The notes: generated from the letters alone by a model not told the origin. Counted from the stretch's first letter, positions 1-13,306 are shown. The stretch is DNA of 64,000 nt from an uncultured Phycisphaerales bacterium (GCA_963792535.1 CAWBWQ010000001.1:256001-320000), one strand, 5' to 3'. Program-made: numbers and translations.

Positions 1-99
1 CGCGGCGACAGCATGATTCCGCCGGTGCGTTTGACCAAGGCACAGCATTCGATTTCGGCGTCTCGGTCACATTTTCGTGCGTCCCCGATTCATCCCTGC

Positions 100-1521
100 T
101 CAATCGGCTCGATTGCCGGACGGTTTGGTGCGGGCAGCTTTTTTGACTCGCCACGGTGCGTTCTGCTGCCAGTCCCCGGCCATGATGCAGCCGATGGGGT
201 CAATCGTGTCTACGATTTGCGCCAGCCTGTAGGTTTCAATCTGTCGGCGCACGGTTGCAGCATCCTTGTAGGCGAGTGGCAACTCGCTGACATCTGGAAT
301 GCCGCAGAAAAATCGTGCGTCGATGTGAGAGGTCTGCTCGGCCATCATTTGCGCGGCCGTCTTTCCAGCATGACGCCTCAGGTAGGCGGATCTGCTGAAG
401 TTTCGGCCGGCACCGTGCGGCGCGAAGCCCAGACCGCTGTCGGCGTTCAGCCCGCGGGCAATTAAAATCGGTTGGCCCATGTTCAGGGGAATCAGCGTCA
501 GTCCGCTGCTGTCGGCGGCGAAGTCCGGCCAGGCCGGTGTCGCTCCCTTGGCGTGATAGAACAGGCCGTCGGATTTACGAAACACGAAGTTGTGTTCGTT
601 CCAGAAACGATCCGCAACCCGCAGTCCCAGGGATGCAGCCACGATGTCATGGATCGCGAAGTGACTGGCCTTCGTCCACGCCCGGACAGTTTGCAGGGCC
701 GACCAGTAATCCTCCCCTTCGCGAGTCTCAGCGATGATCCACGCATTATGCTCCGGGGTTTCCGGCGATATCGCGCGGCGAACCTTTTCTGCGACGGCCA
801 TGCCGGATTTGTAAAGCATCGCGCCGGGTTTCCGCGATCCATGATGTGTCACAAGAGCAATGTCGCCGGTGGAACTGACACGGCCGACATAGAAAAAATG
901 ATTGCCGTCTCCCTGTGTCGCGAAATGTTCGAGCGCGGCGCTTTGTGCGTTGCGCAAAAATGGGTTTGCCGCGAAGGCGTCAAGCACCTCAGCCGGTGGA
1001 GTCGCCAGGCGGTCTGCCGTTGCACGGCCGCCGCCGCCAAAATGACTGAACTTCATGCCCGCATCGAGCAAAGCGGTAGGATTGATATCGTGACCGGCAA
1101 AGATTGAGACGGCCATTGAGCAGCAGATGTCTGCCGAATGCATGCCCGGGTGAATCGCGTCTTCAGTTGCGACCACGCCACCCACTGGAATCGTACCCGG
1201 TTCATGTCCGGCGGGGCAGGCGTCAGGCATTAATGCGCCGCGCGGCACGGTCGGAACGCGCATCAGCTCACGCATGTGTTTTTCGACGCCAGCGACATTG
1301 ACGATCTCATCGTCGCTTTCAGGGCTGATGTTGCTGTGGTAGCTCAGCAGGCCGGCTTCGCGCAACGGCACAGTCGGACCGGGTGCCAGCTGCGCAATGA
1401 GTTGGCGGATCTCAACCTCTGCCGCGCCGCGCGCCTCCGCCTCGGCAGCCGCAGCCAGCGCGTTGGAGAACCACGACCCGGGCTTATAGCCCCATTGAAT
1501 AAGCGTTGATCCGTTCACCAT
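100..1521 (-). CDS. rtcB: RtcB family RNA 3'-phosphate/5'-OH ligase
   Basis: Motifs DACP, GGVV, SADICC, GDGNHF, HHGSR, HN, HAKGAT, HGAGR, ELPLAYK. ORF extends to 1551; ATG at 1521 preferred. Confidence 0.93.
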   Translation of the reverse strand: MVNGSTLIQWGYKPGSWFSNALAAAAEAEARGAAEVEIRQLIAQLAPGPTVPLREAGLLSYHSNISPESDDEIVNVAGVEKHMRELMRVPTVPRGALMPDACPAGHEPGTIPVGGVVATEDAIHPGMHSADICCSMAVSIFAGHDINPTALLDAGMKFSHFGGGGRATADRLATPPAEVLDAFAANPFLRNAQSAALEHFATQGDGNHFFYVGRVSSTGDIALVTHHGSRKPGAMLYKSGMAVAEKVRRAISPETPEHNAWIIAETREGEDYWSALQTVRAWTKASHFAIHDIVAASLGLRVADRFWNEHNFVFRKSDGLFYHAKGATPAWPDFAADSSGLTLIPLNMGQPILIARGLNADSGLGFAPHGAGRNFSRSAYLRRHAGKTAAQMMAEQTSHIDARFFCGIPDVSELPLAYKDAATVRRQIETYRLAQIVDTIDPIGCIMAGDWQQNAPWRVKKAARTKPSGNRAD

Positions 1522-1719
1522 AATGACTCGCTTATAAACTATCAGACTCAAGCTGAAATCGAAACCGTCGCGAGCATGACGCGAGCCGTGACTTCGAACG
1601 CGTCAATATCCGGGCGGCCTACCTTTTCCATCTGCCTGAAATGAATCGGGAACCAAGTCATCGATGAACAACCCAACTTCGGGTTGCTGCGAATCAGAAA
1701 AATGCGGCTAATCTTTGCT

Positions 1720-2318
1720 TTAAGTCCTAGTGTCTTCTAACGGAAGCATCAAACCGGGGATTGCCCGCTGCAGCGCATCGCAACGGTCATAAACATCATC
1801 CGGATCAAATCGATCTATCGCTATCGGCTTGTCCCACCGTCGCCCATGGCCCACCCAATGCCGTCCTTGAAGGCACTCGCGGTATTGCCCGACAATATTG
1901 TTGTTGATGAGGTTCGTTTTTTTCAGGACGGTCAGGATGCCGGCCTCATCGAAGTCCGGGCGAAGTTGCTTCCCAGACGAAAGTTTTTTGTGCCAGTTTC
2001 GATAGGCAGACGACAATTCATCCTTCAGATTCCTGCCGACACGATCAAAATAGTTGAGAGTGACCGTTGCTTCTGAACTGGCAACGAGGTTTAGCATGGT
2101 CAGTCGTTCGAGTTCTCGCCGATGATAATCAAAGTATTGATCCACGTCGCTTTCGGTCATCGCCGCGAATCTCGCCGCGACAGTGAAGCCTTCGCGAATC
2201 GCGCGAACACCGCGCCGCGTTGCTCAAGTAGCGCTTCGAGCACGCCGCGATACCAGTCACGGATCTCATCGAGCGTTTGTCGCTCGGCCGTTTTATATTC
2301 GACCGGTGGGATTGGCAT
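1720..2318 (-). CDS. Putative HEPN-domain RNase (one frameshift near 2200)
   Basis: ATG at 2318 (MPIPPVEYKTAERQTLDEIRDWY...) joins ORF 1720..2160 after a 1-nt indel. Helical protein with C-terminal RHWVGH (RxxxxH). Confidence 0.6.
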
Positions 2319-2323
2319 CGCTG

Positions 2324-2779
2324 TCAGTCCCGCATGACGCGCTTGAGTACCTCGGCGAGAGAAGATTCATCGAAGAGCACTGCTTTGAGCGTTGGCTGTC
2401 GCGTCTGTACAAAGCTCCATCGAGAGTCGGTTTGAACGATCAGCACCTCTTCGCCGCGCTCCCCTAGAACATCAACGCGACCACTTGCGCCTGCGATGTT
2501 GCGCCTGCGCGGTGAAAAGCGGACCTGTTCGTCGCCTACAAGCAGGATCAGGTCGTCCACCTTGTAGGTTCCAATGTAGTTCTCGCTCAGTTCCTTGGGG
2601 CGTCGCTGGAGCACAGCGGTCTTCTGGGCGATCGGCCCAGCGAGGATCTTCTCAATCTGTTGGTATAGGCGATCAACCGCCGAGACATACTTGTTACGGC
2701 GCTCGTCCCAGTCGATAGGGGCCCCGACCGACGCTTGCTTTTGCTTTTTCTGAAAAATGTCGTCCAGGCTCTGATTCAT
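2324..2779 (-). CDS. Hypothetical protein, 5 bp upstream of the HEPN-like gene
   Basis: 151 aa ORF with globular-looking sequence in an operonic arrangement. Confidence 0.8.
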   Translation of the reverse strand: MNQSLDDIFQKKQKQASVGAPIDWDERRNKYVSAVDRLYQQIEKILAGPIAQKTAVLQRRPKELSENYIGTYKVDDLILLVGDEQVRFSPRRRNIAGASGRVDVLGERGEEVLIVQTDSRWSFVQTRQPTLKAVLFDESSLAEVLKRVMRD

Positions 2780-2827
2780 CTTTTGGCTCCGTCGATAGTT
2801 TATGTCATTTTCTCTGTCAATCCAGCA

Positions 2828-2974
2828 TTACCTTCGCATGAGGCGAGGCCCGCCCGTCGCATTGATAGTGAAAGCTGCCGGTTTTTGAGGACGCAGGGTA
2901 CGCGGGCAAGCTGCACCCGGCGGAGCGCATGTATTGATGCAGGCGTGCGTGCTGGTCTTCCCCTTCTTGCCCAT
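2828..2974 (-). CDS. Possible 48-aa small basic protein (MGKKGKTSTHACINTC...)
   Basis: TATTCT (-10-like) lies 6 nt before the ATG, the same leaderless signature as other genes here. Confidence 0.35.
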   Translation of the reverse strand: MGKKGKTSTHACINTCAPPGAACPRTLRPQKPAAFTINATGGPRLMRR

Positions 2975-3104
2975 GTGCGAAGAATAGTACGCCAGGTTTT
3001 TTTGGCCAATGCTACCAACCAATTCCATGACGGGCATGGGATGGCAAATCGCCGTTGTTTGCTATACTTCCCGGCGAGTCAAATCGATACACAACGGAGC
3101 ACTG

Positions 3105-5079
3105 ATGTCAGATTCCAATACCGGCATTGAATCAACCATGCAGGAAACCCGCCTGTTTCCGCCCTCGGCGGCTTTCTCGGCCAACGCTCATGTCAAATCG
3201 ATGGATGAATACAAAAAGCTGTATCGCCAATCGATCGATCATCCGGAAACCTTCTGGGGCGACGTGGCGGAAAAACTGCACTGGTTCAAAAAGTGGGACA
3301 CCGTGCTGAAATGGGAAACACCCGATGTGCAGTGGTTTGTTGGAGGAAAAACCAACATGGCACACAACTGTCTGGATCACCAGGTGAACCAGGGCAGGGG
3401 AGACAAAACCGCCATCTTATGGGAGGGCGAACCGATGTCGGCTACGCAGCCGCCGGAGGTTCGGCGTATCAGTTATTCGCAGTTGAAAGACGAGGTCTGT
3501 CGCTTTGCCAACGGCTTGAAAAAGCTGGGTGTGCGCAAGGGCGATCGTGTGACGATCTACCTGCCGCAGATTCCAGAGGCCGCCGTGGCGATGCTGGCCT
3601 GCGCGAATCGGCGCGGCGCATTCAGTCGTGTTTGGTGGATTTTCGAGCCAGTCGATCTGCGATCGCGTGGAGGATGCGCAGTCTAATTTTATCATCACCG
3701 CTGATGGAGGCTATCGTCGCGGGGCAGCGGTGCCGCTGAAGAAAAATGTCGACGCGGCAATGGAGAAAACCAGCCGGATCAAACAGGTGATTGTGCTGAA
3801 GCGCACCGGCGAAAAAATCGACTGGCATCCGCAGCGCGATATCTGGTGGACCGATGTCATCGCCGATCAGTCGACCGACTGCCCGGCCGAGCCGATGGAT
3901 TCCGAAGACCTTCTGTTTGTGCTCTACACCAGCGGATCGACCGGCAAACCCAAGGGGATCATCCACACCACCGCCGGTTACATGGTGGGGACCTACCTGA
4001 GCACCCGCTGCGTTTTTGATATTCAGGAAACCGACGTGTACTGGTGTACCGCCGATGTTGGATGGATCACCGGGCACAGTTATGTGGTGTACGGCCCGCT
4101 CACCAACGGCGCAACAACATTAATGTATGAGGGCGCTCCGAATTACCCCGATTTTTCGCGATTCTGGGACATTGTCGAGCGACACAGCGTTTCGGTTTTT
4201 TACACAGCGCCGACCGCCATTCGCGCGTTTATGAAAGCCGGGCGGGAACTGGTGGACAAGCACAACCTCGCCTCGCTGCGGTTGCTCGGAACGGTCGGTG
4301 AACCGATCAATCCCGAAGCGTGGATGTGGTACCATCAGGTGATCGGCGGCGGTAAATGCCCGATTGCCGATACCTGGTGGCAGACCGAAACCGGCATGCA
4401 CATGATTACCCCGTTGCCCGGCGCCACACCCACAAAACCTGGTACGGCGACACTCCCATTTTTTGGTGTGGATGCTGCCATTGTGGACCGGGAAGGCAAA
4501 GAGCTCGGCCCAAACCAGGGCGGGCTGCTCGTGATCCGCAAGCCCTGGCCGGCCATGCTGCGCGGCATCTTCAACGACCCCGAGCGTTATGCAAAAACCT
4601 ATTGGTCAGACGTCAAAGGAATGTATTTCACCGGCGATGGCGCACGGCGCGACAGCGACGGATATTTCTGGATCATGGGCCGCGTTGACGATGTCCTCAA
4701 TGTCTCGGGACATCGACTGGGAACCGCCGAGATCGAAAGCGCCCTGGTGTCCCACCCGTCCGTCGCCGAGGCAGCGGTTGTTGGCATGCCTCACGAGATG
4801 AAGGGGCAGGGCGTCGCCGCGTTCGTTACCCTTAAAACAGGCCAAAAGCCCAGCGAGGCGTTGAAAAAAGAACTCATCAATACCGTAGCCCGGCAGATCG
4901 GCGCATTGGCCAAGCCGGACCAGATTCGTTTTACGGATTCTCTGCCAAAAACGCGCAGCGGAAAAATCATGCGCCGCCTGCTGAAAGAAGTCGCCAGCGG
5001 GCAGGAAATCAAGGGAGACACAACAACCCTGGAAGATTTTACCGTTCTCGCACAGCTGAAGGAGAAGGAAGAGTCGTAA
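3105..5079 (+). CDS. acs: Acetyl-CoA synthetase (frameshift near 3605)
   Basis: ORFs 3009..3686 and 3628..5079 join. Motifs [37 protein letters not shown]. Confidence 0.96.
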
Positions 5080-5279
5080 CGCTCATCCCTTTGCGGGAAT
5101 AAGGTTCAACTCTGACAGCATTTCGGCGTCATAGTTGTTGTCGTCTTTAAGCTATCGGTGGAAACTGCCTCGATGGTCACGCGCTTAGTATTAGCAGCGT
5201 CGCGATCTCCGCCTGCTTTCGGATTACACTCAATCTTCAACGAAAGATTCGAACCCGACACGCGGGGAAACAATTCCTT

Positions 5280-8200
5280 TTATTGAACCGCCGGAGCGAC
5301 CGAAAATGTTTCATAGGTCGCGAGTTTTAAATGCTCCGGTTTAGCACCGCTCATGTCGAACACGACCAGGTCATTGGAACCCTCTTTCAGCCAGCATTCG
5401 GGCATGTACATCAGAACAGTCTGCGGGCATTCACCGAGGTTATGACCGTTAAGCCAGACGTGTCCCGACGTCAGTCCGTCGGTCACCAGCCCGATTGTTT
5501 GCTGCATGCCCTTGGGCTGCTGGTAGTTGAAACTGCATTTCCAGAAAGTGGGTTGACCCTCCTCGCGGGGCTCGCCATTCTGCCAGGGCTCGTGCGCGAG
5601 GAAATCGTTCCAGTTGGTGACGCGTCCCACGATAGCGGTTTCATCAAGATCCGTGAGACCGCCGTGGAAATACCACGTCGATGTGGTCAGCGGCGAGTTG
5701 TGCCAGAGCTGAACACGCAGCTTCGCGTATTCATCACCGAGTCTGCTTTGCAACTCGTATAGCAGCGTGTTCTTACCGGCCACCAGCCACTTCGCAGACA
5801 TTCTCCGTGCGTTCCGTAAGACGATGTCCATTAACATAAAACAGCCACGCCAACGGGCTGCGGATGGTTGCCTTTCCCGGCATTCTTTGGAAGTACAAAG
5901 TTGGGTAACTCGATGATTGAATCGACCTGGTCGGCAGTGAGCGTGACGACGCCGCGATACCATGAATCACCGCGCGGTAAAACGATTTCGCTCGCCAGCG
6001 TCTGCTCATCCACCGGCGACCATTTAGAGTCATCAAAATCGGGCCGGGCGATATCGTCAGCAACGGCATTACGCTGGGCATGCGTCCATTGTTTCCAGCT
6101 GACCGCAAGCGGTGTAGACGATGCATCGGTCGAGATGCCGCCCCAGATTCCGCGCGCATGGACCATCCCTGACGGAGTAACATTCTTCGATCGCGGCGAC
6201 GCCTTGACGAGGATCGCCAGGCTGTTGTCGCCGGCCCTGGCGTCGCCGACCTTCATCGTCGCTGATTGGTCGTATTGAAAATGGGCGGGAGAGGCAGGCT
6301 TGCCATTCAAAAATACCTGGAACGCGCCCGACTGCCCGACCAGGTGGAGCGAAACAGGACCGGCGGCATCGCGATGCAATGTTGTGCGATACCAGCCGTA
6401 CCGGTTTTCGAAGCTGTCGTAGGTTTCCATCGCCTGCGGTCCGGTCGATGGGATCCATTTTTCTTTGTCATCAACCTTCAGATCGGGTGCACGTTCGTCG
6501 GCACCATCGCGCCACGTCCACGACGTCAGGGCGGGCAACGCAGCTTCACCGGACCCCGGTGACGAAACGCGCGTGGTTCCCGACGCCGCATAAACCGTAG
6601 CGGTCCCTCCTGCAGGTGGAAATTCCATGCTCCCGTCTTCAAGCACAAAAGACGGGCCGATAAATAGCTGCCCATGCACGTACCATGTGCGGCAGGTCAT
6701 GTCGGTGTTTATGACGAGCAGTTTCGCCGTTCGCCCATCTCCCGAATCAAGGCTGATCTCCTGCATCTTGTCGCCGGCGGGGTAGGTGAAATCAACCTGC
6801 TTGGGACCGAGCCCGCCGCTCTTCCGTGCGAGCGTAACTTCACCGCTGTCGCCCGCGGAACCGTAACAGACCCAGTAATCGGTGTTGCCAATCGTCTCCC
6901 GGAAGAGCACGTTCGAACAGACCGACTCAAACGAGGCGTTGTCCGTCCACGGAATATTCACGAGCACCGTGCGCGGCTCAACAACGCCGACCTTCAAACT
7001 TCCCTGATGCGGAAGTGACATGTTCCCAACAGTCAGATGCGTCTCAAGAGGGATGTTGGGATCGGCCTTTGGCGCGTGGTATGCGCCGGCCTCGGGCAGG
7101 ATCGCGGCGATGGGCGCAGCGCCGGCTTTCTGCTGAAAATGATCGACAAAGACGATGCTTCCCCCGGTGGGATTCGTGCGCGTGGTGACACGCAGCGCCG
7201 GTTGATCGCATTTGGCAAAATTCGGATCGTCGTGGCTGCCGGTCAGCAATGAATTAAAAGCCCTGGCGAATTGCGCGGCCCGCCGCGCAAAAAAGTAAAA
7301 CGAGGCGCAGTTGTCCCGCTTCACCGACGGGAGCGGAGTAATCGTACGAGGCGGCAAGCGAGTCGCCGGAATATCCAAAGTTGGTACCGCCGTGCGCCAT
7401 GTAATAGTTGTAGCCGGCCCCGCCGAACGCCATGACTTTCCAACTGCCGCGCGTTTTCTCGGCAATCGTGCCGGGAGTCATCTCGCCGTATTTTCCGATC
7501 CACCCGGTCCAGAATTCAGTGCTGTACCACGGTGATTTGCCCGGCGTGAATGGAACTTCGCCGGCGGGTTCCTGGCTGTGGTGCAAGCCGGAATTAAACA
7601 TCGGAACCTCGATGCTGTTTTTCCTCGCCTGGTCGTCGAGGTATCCCAGATAAGGATCGTCAACCGCCGTCCCCCAGCCGCGGGAGTGCTCGTTTTCAAG
7701 CTGAACCAGGATAACGCTGCCGCCCCGGCTCACCTGATGCTTTGCAGTGATGGCTTCGATGCGGTCCAGATGCGGATCAGAATAAGCGGTGGAAGGCCCC
7801 AGTTCGCGCTGGGTCATCCCCGGCTTTACCGTGAGCCATGCAGGATAGCCGCCCTCTTCCCATTCCGCGCAGGAATACGGCCCGACGCGCACCAGCGCAT
7901 ACATGTTCATGTCCTTCAGCAGGGAAAGCCACGCGTCGAGATCGACATTATCGGTGAGATTCCACTGGTTTTCCTTTGGCTCTGAAGCGTTCCAGAAAAC
8001 GTACGATTGCACGCAATTAAAACCCATCTGCTTCAAACGCCAGATGCGGTCGCGCCACAGCTCTCTTGGAACGCGGGCGTAGTGGATCGAGCCCGAAGAG
8101 ATGAACGTCGGTTTTCCGTTTATGGAAAAATATCCATCCTTCCAGTGGATGGCATTGGCGGCAGCGGGCGCAGGTGGAAAGATCTGGTCGCGCGTGTCAT

Positions 8201-8285
8201 CCGGTGCGCTATGCGCTTGCGTCGAATGGAACATGACGCCGAGCGACAAAAGGCCTAGCATTGTTTTGCGGGATACCGTTTTCAT
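5280..8285 (-). CDS. Secreted GH35 beta-galactosidase with C-terminal jelly-roll domains (2 frameshifts, ~7300 and ~5850)
   Basis: Signal peptide, SGSIHYARVP, VGPYSCAEW, VQLENE, TEFWTGW, YYMAHGGTNFG, SYDYSAP; C-terminal GHVWLNGHNLG. Confidence 0.9.
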
Positions 8286-8394
8286 ATTCGTTTTCCTTCA
8301 GTGGTGAGTGCAAGCCGCCCTTGTTGGAAATGCAAAGAACAGCCAGCGTATCGCCGAGCTTCACCCGGCCAACGCGCGTTGGTGATCCTCGCTG

Positions 8395-11300
8395 TCATGG
8401 ATTTGAGACGCTTGGTGTCGCCGAACGCAGGACTACCGGCCCCAGGAGGCCCGATGGCAACCGCGGCTTGTCAGCGGTGTAGGGTGGATAGTTGGTCCAG
8501 GTAAGCCGCTTTGCTTCGGGCAGACCGGCGTCGGCGATCAGCCGATTCGCCCAGAGGTTGGCCACCTTTACCTCCAGGCGATTTTTCCCGGCATGCAGCG
8601 CCGCTGTCACATCAACCGAATACGGCGCTTTCCAAACATCGCCAAGATTCTGTCCGTTCACAGTGACCGATGCGATGACATCCACCTTGCCGAGATCAAG
8701 GACCACTCTTGGGGGCAATGTTTTTGGCAGATCGAACTCGCGCGTATACGTAGCGGTTCCGGAGTAATCGCGGATGCCCTGGTCTGTAGAATCAGTCCAG
8801 GAAATGAGGCGGGGAAATTCCACCTGGGCTGGCCCACCCCAGCGCGGATCGAAGCTCACATTCCACGCATCGGCTAACGATTGCCAAACCGGCATCGCCC
8901 GCGTTAACCCTGCTGCAAAAGTTGCCGGCGGAGGGCCGTCGCGGAAGACCACGAAGATGGATTCGTGCGATTCCAGTTGCAACGGCACCTCGGTCACCGG
9001 TCCCGAGCGGACCGCGCCGGGCAGCTGATCGATGGAACCGGTCTGGGGATTCCATTGCTGAGCATTCCCGCCATGGGCCCGAAAAATCCCGGTAAAAGTC
9101 GCGGGCACATCGCTATGATTCGCGACAAAGTAGATGTCATCCTGTTCGCTTTTTCGATGGGCATAAAGGATGTCAACGTCTGCTCCTTTTGCCTCGAAGT
9201 CCTTCGGGGTATTCAGCAATGCCAGTGCATCAGCCGGCGACCGGCCCCAGACCATCGTGCCTGACCCGGTCTTGCGTTCGCCCGGGCTGTCGGTGGGGCC
9301 CCAGAGTTCATCGGCGATCCGCCGAACTTCCGCATCGCCGGTAGCGCCATCTCCAAAGCTGGGCGAACCGAGCGGCTTGGTTTGACCAAGAACCGTCGCG
9401 CCCCCTTTCACCAGTGATTCTAATTGTCGCGCCGCCGCCAATGTCATCCGGTTGCCGCCGGCAAGCACCAGCATCCGGTAGCTCATTCCACCGGGCAATA
9501 CCACCCGCCCATCCTTCACGCTTGCGCCAGCAAAATCTCGTCCCCACAAACGTCGTAATCGTACCCCGCTGGCGGCACGGGCCGCATCCGCCAGGTCGCA
9601 ATCTTCAACGGCGTGTCGTTACCGAGGTGGTAAAGCAGGTCGATCACTGGCTGTCCTTGCCGCATCATTGCCGACGAGCGGGCGAGCGTGTTCCAGAACC
9701 CGCCGCTGTATTCCCACCAGGTGTTGTTCCGCTGAAAGGAAAGTATCAACTTGGGCTCGACGACGCCCGGTTTTCGGTCGTCCCACGGCTGATGGACATC
9801 CGCGAGCGCGACAAAGCGATTAATCCCCAGCGAAAGCGCAGCGTCAGCCATCGGCTTTTCCGTTTCCGGGCACGCTGTAAAAGGGCTGCCGGTGAATGAT
9901 TCCGCCGCGGCGATTGGATGCCCATAGCAGTGAGCGGCACACGCGGCCTCTTTGCAATCCATGGTTCCGTTACGCTGGCCATTCCAGAACTCGCCCATCG
10001 GGATATCCACGCGACCTTTGGACTGGATATTGTCACACGGCATGCCAGCCGCGATGCCGGGCACTGCGCCATCAGGGTTACTCCGTCGGCCTGACAGAGC
10101 TTTTCAAATGTCCCAAAGTATTCATCGCTCATCACGTCGGCGATCGTTCGCCGCACGTCGAACAAGACGCGATCGGAGAGTTCCGCGCTGCCCACCACGC
10201 GGCCGGCCATCAGCGGCAGGTAGTGGATCAAATCGTATCCATGCCGCTTGCGGAATTGTGCCGGGAAATCGGCGGTCCAATTTTGCGAGCCGCTCTCGGC
10301 ACTATCCATGTTCATCCCACTCAGGCGTGCGCCCGGAACGGTCTTGATCTGTTCGAGGATGCGTCCGAAATAGTTCTTGTATTCCACAGTCGTGGCTTCG
10401 GCGCTGAGCTTGTCGCATTCAAGGCCCATGCCTTCGGGCCTTCCGTGCTTCGTGCCCGAGCCCGTGGGGGTATGGCCAAAGCGCAGGATCGTCCATCGGC
10501 CTGGAGGGGCGTCCCAATTCAACCGCCCATCCGCGTCCAGGTGGCTGGTGAGATCCACAATCTTCTCCGGATCGATGACCTCGTCACCTTTGTAGGGAGG
10601 CGTGCGATCGGGATTGGAGAAATCCAGGACGTTGCCTGACTTTGATTCCCACTGGTCGACCAGCGCTTCCCCGTGGAGGTGGACATTTCCAAGCTGAAGG
10701 TTCAGCCCCTTGCCTGCCCCGTCCCATCCGTGGAGTTTAAGCCGAAAATAGCGAGCTTTGACGGCCGGGAACGAGATGGTTTGCCAATTCCAGTGATCCT
10801 GCAAATAGCCACGGCCCGGCACATCGCATACCGGCTGCCACTGCGTTCCGTCATCGCTGGATTCCAACTGGCCGATAGGGGGAATCACATAGTGCATCAC
10901 CTTGGCGGGGTCGTCGCTCCAATCCCCCGGCTGCTGGGTGACAAGAACAACCGCCTTTGAAATGGGATGGACCAAATAGGTCAAGCTGCGGGCTGTGAAC
11001 GGCTGACCGTAATCCATCTGGACCAGCGCCGGCGCGGGTCCGGGCGGGATTTCTGACCAGGACCGCGCCGATGGATCAAACATTCTGTTCAGATCGCGCA
11101 GTGGCGGCGTGCTTTGCAGCACCGGTGGCGTCCTGTTTGGCTCGTCGCCGGCAGGAGCAGGGAAAGCAAGCACCGCCACGTCCCGGTAGAAATTGAGCTC
11201 GGTCCGCGGTTGCGGCAGGAGCCCGGAAAATTTCTTCCCACCGTCTACCTGAAGTTCGCTGGATACCAGCCGCTGCATCCCCAGCTCCGGCGTAATCCAC

Positions 11301-11725
11301 GGGCCGCCGGCGACATAGCCGCTGCACGTATTGAGTTCCAGCGTCATGCCGAGCCGCGCGCACTCCGCGGCGGCGAATCGCACCCGCGCGAGCCATTCCG
11401 GTGAAAGGCTTTTAAGCGCATCGGGCGCATCGGCGAAAACCTGTTCGTAGATGACCACGCCGCCGAAACCCACCCGTTTTAAAGCCTCTAAATCCTGGGT
11501 AATTCCATGTTCGGTGATGACAGATTCACCCCAGAACCACCACACCGCCGGCTTAGCTGGGGTTGGAGGGACAAGAAAATTCTGCTTCAGCGAATCCGGT
11601 TCGTCCGCCAGCGCGCGGAACGTCCCGACGAGCATGAATGAAGCCGCCAATGCCACATAAAAACGCGCGTCGAGCAGATTGCGGCGCTTCTTTGATCTCG
11701 TCAGTTTCACTATGTGCACCTCCAA
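8395..11725 (-). CDS. GH106 alpha-L-rhamnosidase-like glycoside hydrolase (2 frameshifts, ~10065 and ~9547)
   Basis: AKPAVWWFW, ITQDLEAL, GGPWITPE, GLECDKL, DSAE, DIPMGEFW, AAESFT; C-terminal YSGTATY, LDLGKV, PSGLLGPV. Confidence 0.88.
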
Positions 11726-12081
11726 TGAGCGGTAACAGGCCAGAAGGGATTTTGCTCATGCTATCAGCTTGGAACATCTTCGCCAGCGACCGAAGGCTGG
11801 ATCATCACGACGCACCTTCAGCGACAATCGAACAGTGATTCTTCATCGTTCGCCGTGCGGTTGATGACCGATTTCCAGGCGTCTTAATCGTCCTGAGCTT
11901 CCACGCGTTTCCCGAAAGTTGGGGGGATTTAGTGGGGTTGTAATTACGGCTGTATCGCGTCGGATGGTATTGACTGCATAACCTTGGCAGGTGAATAAAT
12001 ATGTCACGCCCGCGCAGAAATCGTTTTGGCGGGTTGGTAGTGTTTACAGATCGAATCAAACAACAACACGAGGGTTATCAG

Positions 12082-13018
12082 ATGCTATCGCGAATTCTTG
12101 GCGGGATTGTGATTGTTTTCTGCGTTGCAGGCAGCTCCATCGCACAGTCGGCGTCCAGGGCGTCGCCGAAGATTCGGGTGTTAATTATTGACGGTGCTTC
12201 GAACCATAATTGGCAGCTGAATACGCAGTTGCTGGTGGGTCTGCTCAAGCCGACTGGTTTGTTTGATGTCAGTGTCTCCACATGCCCGCGCGACTCTGCC
12301 GGAGTGGTCTAACTGGTCGCCTGATTTTTCCAAGGCCGACGTGGTCATCCAGACTTATAACGACAAAGGTCAGCCGGCTGCCAAATGGCCAGATACGGTG
12401 AAGGCTGGGTTTGTGTCGTTTGTGAAAAATGGAGGCGGGGTTTTTATCTATCATTCAGCGAACAATGCGTTTTCTGATTGGCCGGAATACAACGACATCA
12501 TCGGTCTGGGTTGGCGGCCGGTGTCGTATGGCACGGCGATGAAGATGGACGTCGATGGAAACATCACGCGACTGGCGCCGGGTGAAGGCAAGGGAACGGC
12601 GCACGCTCCGCGGCAGGACGTGCTGGTGCATCAGCTGGGTGAACATCCGATTCATACCGGCCTGCCGCGCACCTGGCTGACGCCAAAGCTAGAGGTGTAT
12701 TGCGATTCACGGGGTCCGGCGAATCACGTTCAGGTTCTTTCGTATGGACAGGATCCACATGAGAAGGACTATTGGCCGCTGGAGTGGACGGTGGAGTACG
12801 GGCAGGGCCGGGTGTATGCGTCATCGTTCGGGCATGTGTGGAAGGATGAATCGGCGACACACCAGCCGGTGGATCTGCTTGCGGTTGACGAACAGGTGCT
12901 GATTCAGCGAGCCATCCAGTGGCTTGCCAAGCGCGAGGTGACGATCGCGGTACCTCCGAATTTCCCCACAGCGTCGAAGGTTTCGCTCAGTCCGCCGATC
13001 GAGATTCTGCCTCAATAG
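12082..13018 (+). CDS. Secreted ThuA-like domain protein (frameshift ~12288)
   Basis: Signal peptide, VLIIDGASNHNW, FVKNGGGVFIYHSA, HPIHTGLP, YGQGRVYASSFGH. Confidence 0.85.
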
Positions 13019-13306
13019 CAGTTGTTTTTGCCTTGGAGGGGGTTGGGGCGTCTTTTTTGGGGGTACCGCGGCGGACAGGATCTGCGCGTCTTAAATACAT
13101 CTTAATAAACAACTTAAAACGATTTTGTGAGTCGCCATCCTAGTTCGTCCTGGGACATGAGAATTGAAAAAGTGGAATTCGGAATTCTGATGGTTGATGA
13201 ATTCATTGAGTAGCAGGCTTGGCTTTGAATTTATAGGAAGGCGGGGATAGGATTGCATCTCCATTTCCCCGCTATCTTTAGGTAACATCCATTCTGGAGG
13301 CAACAG

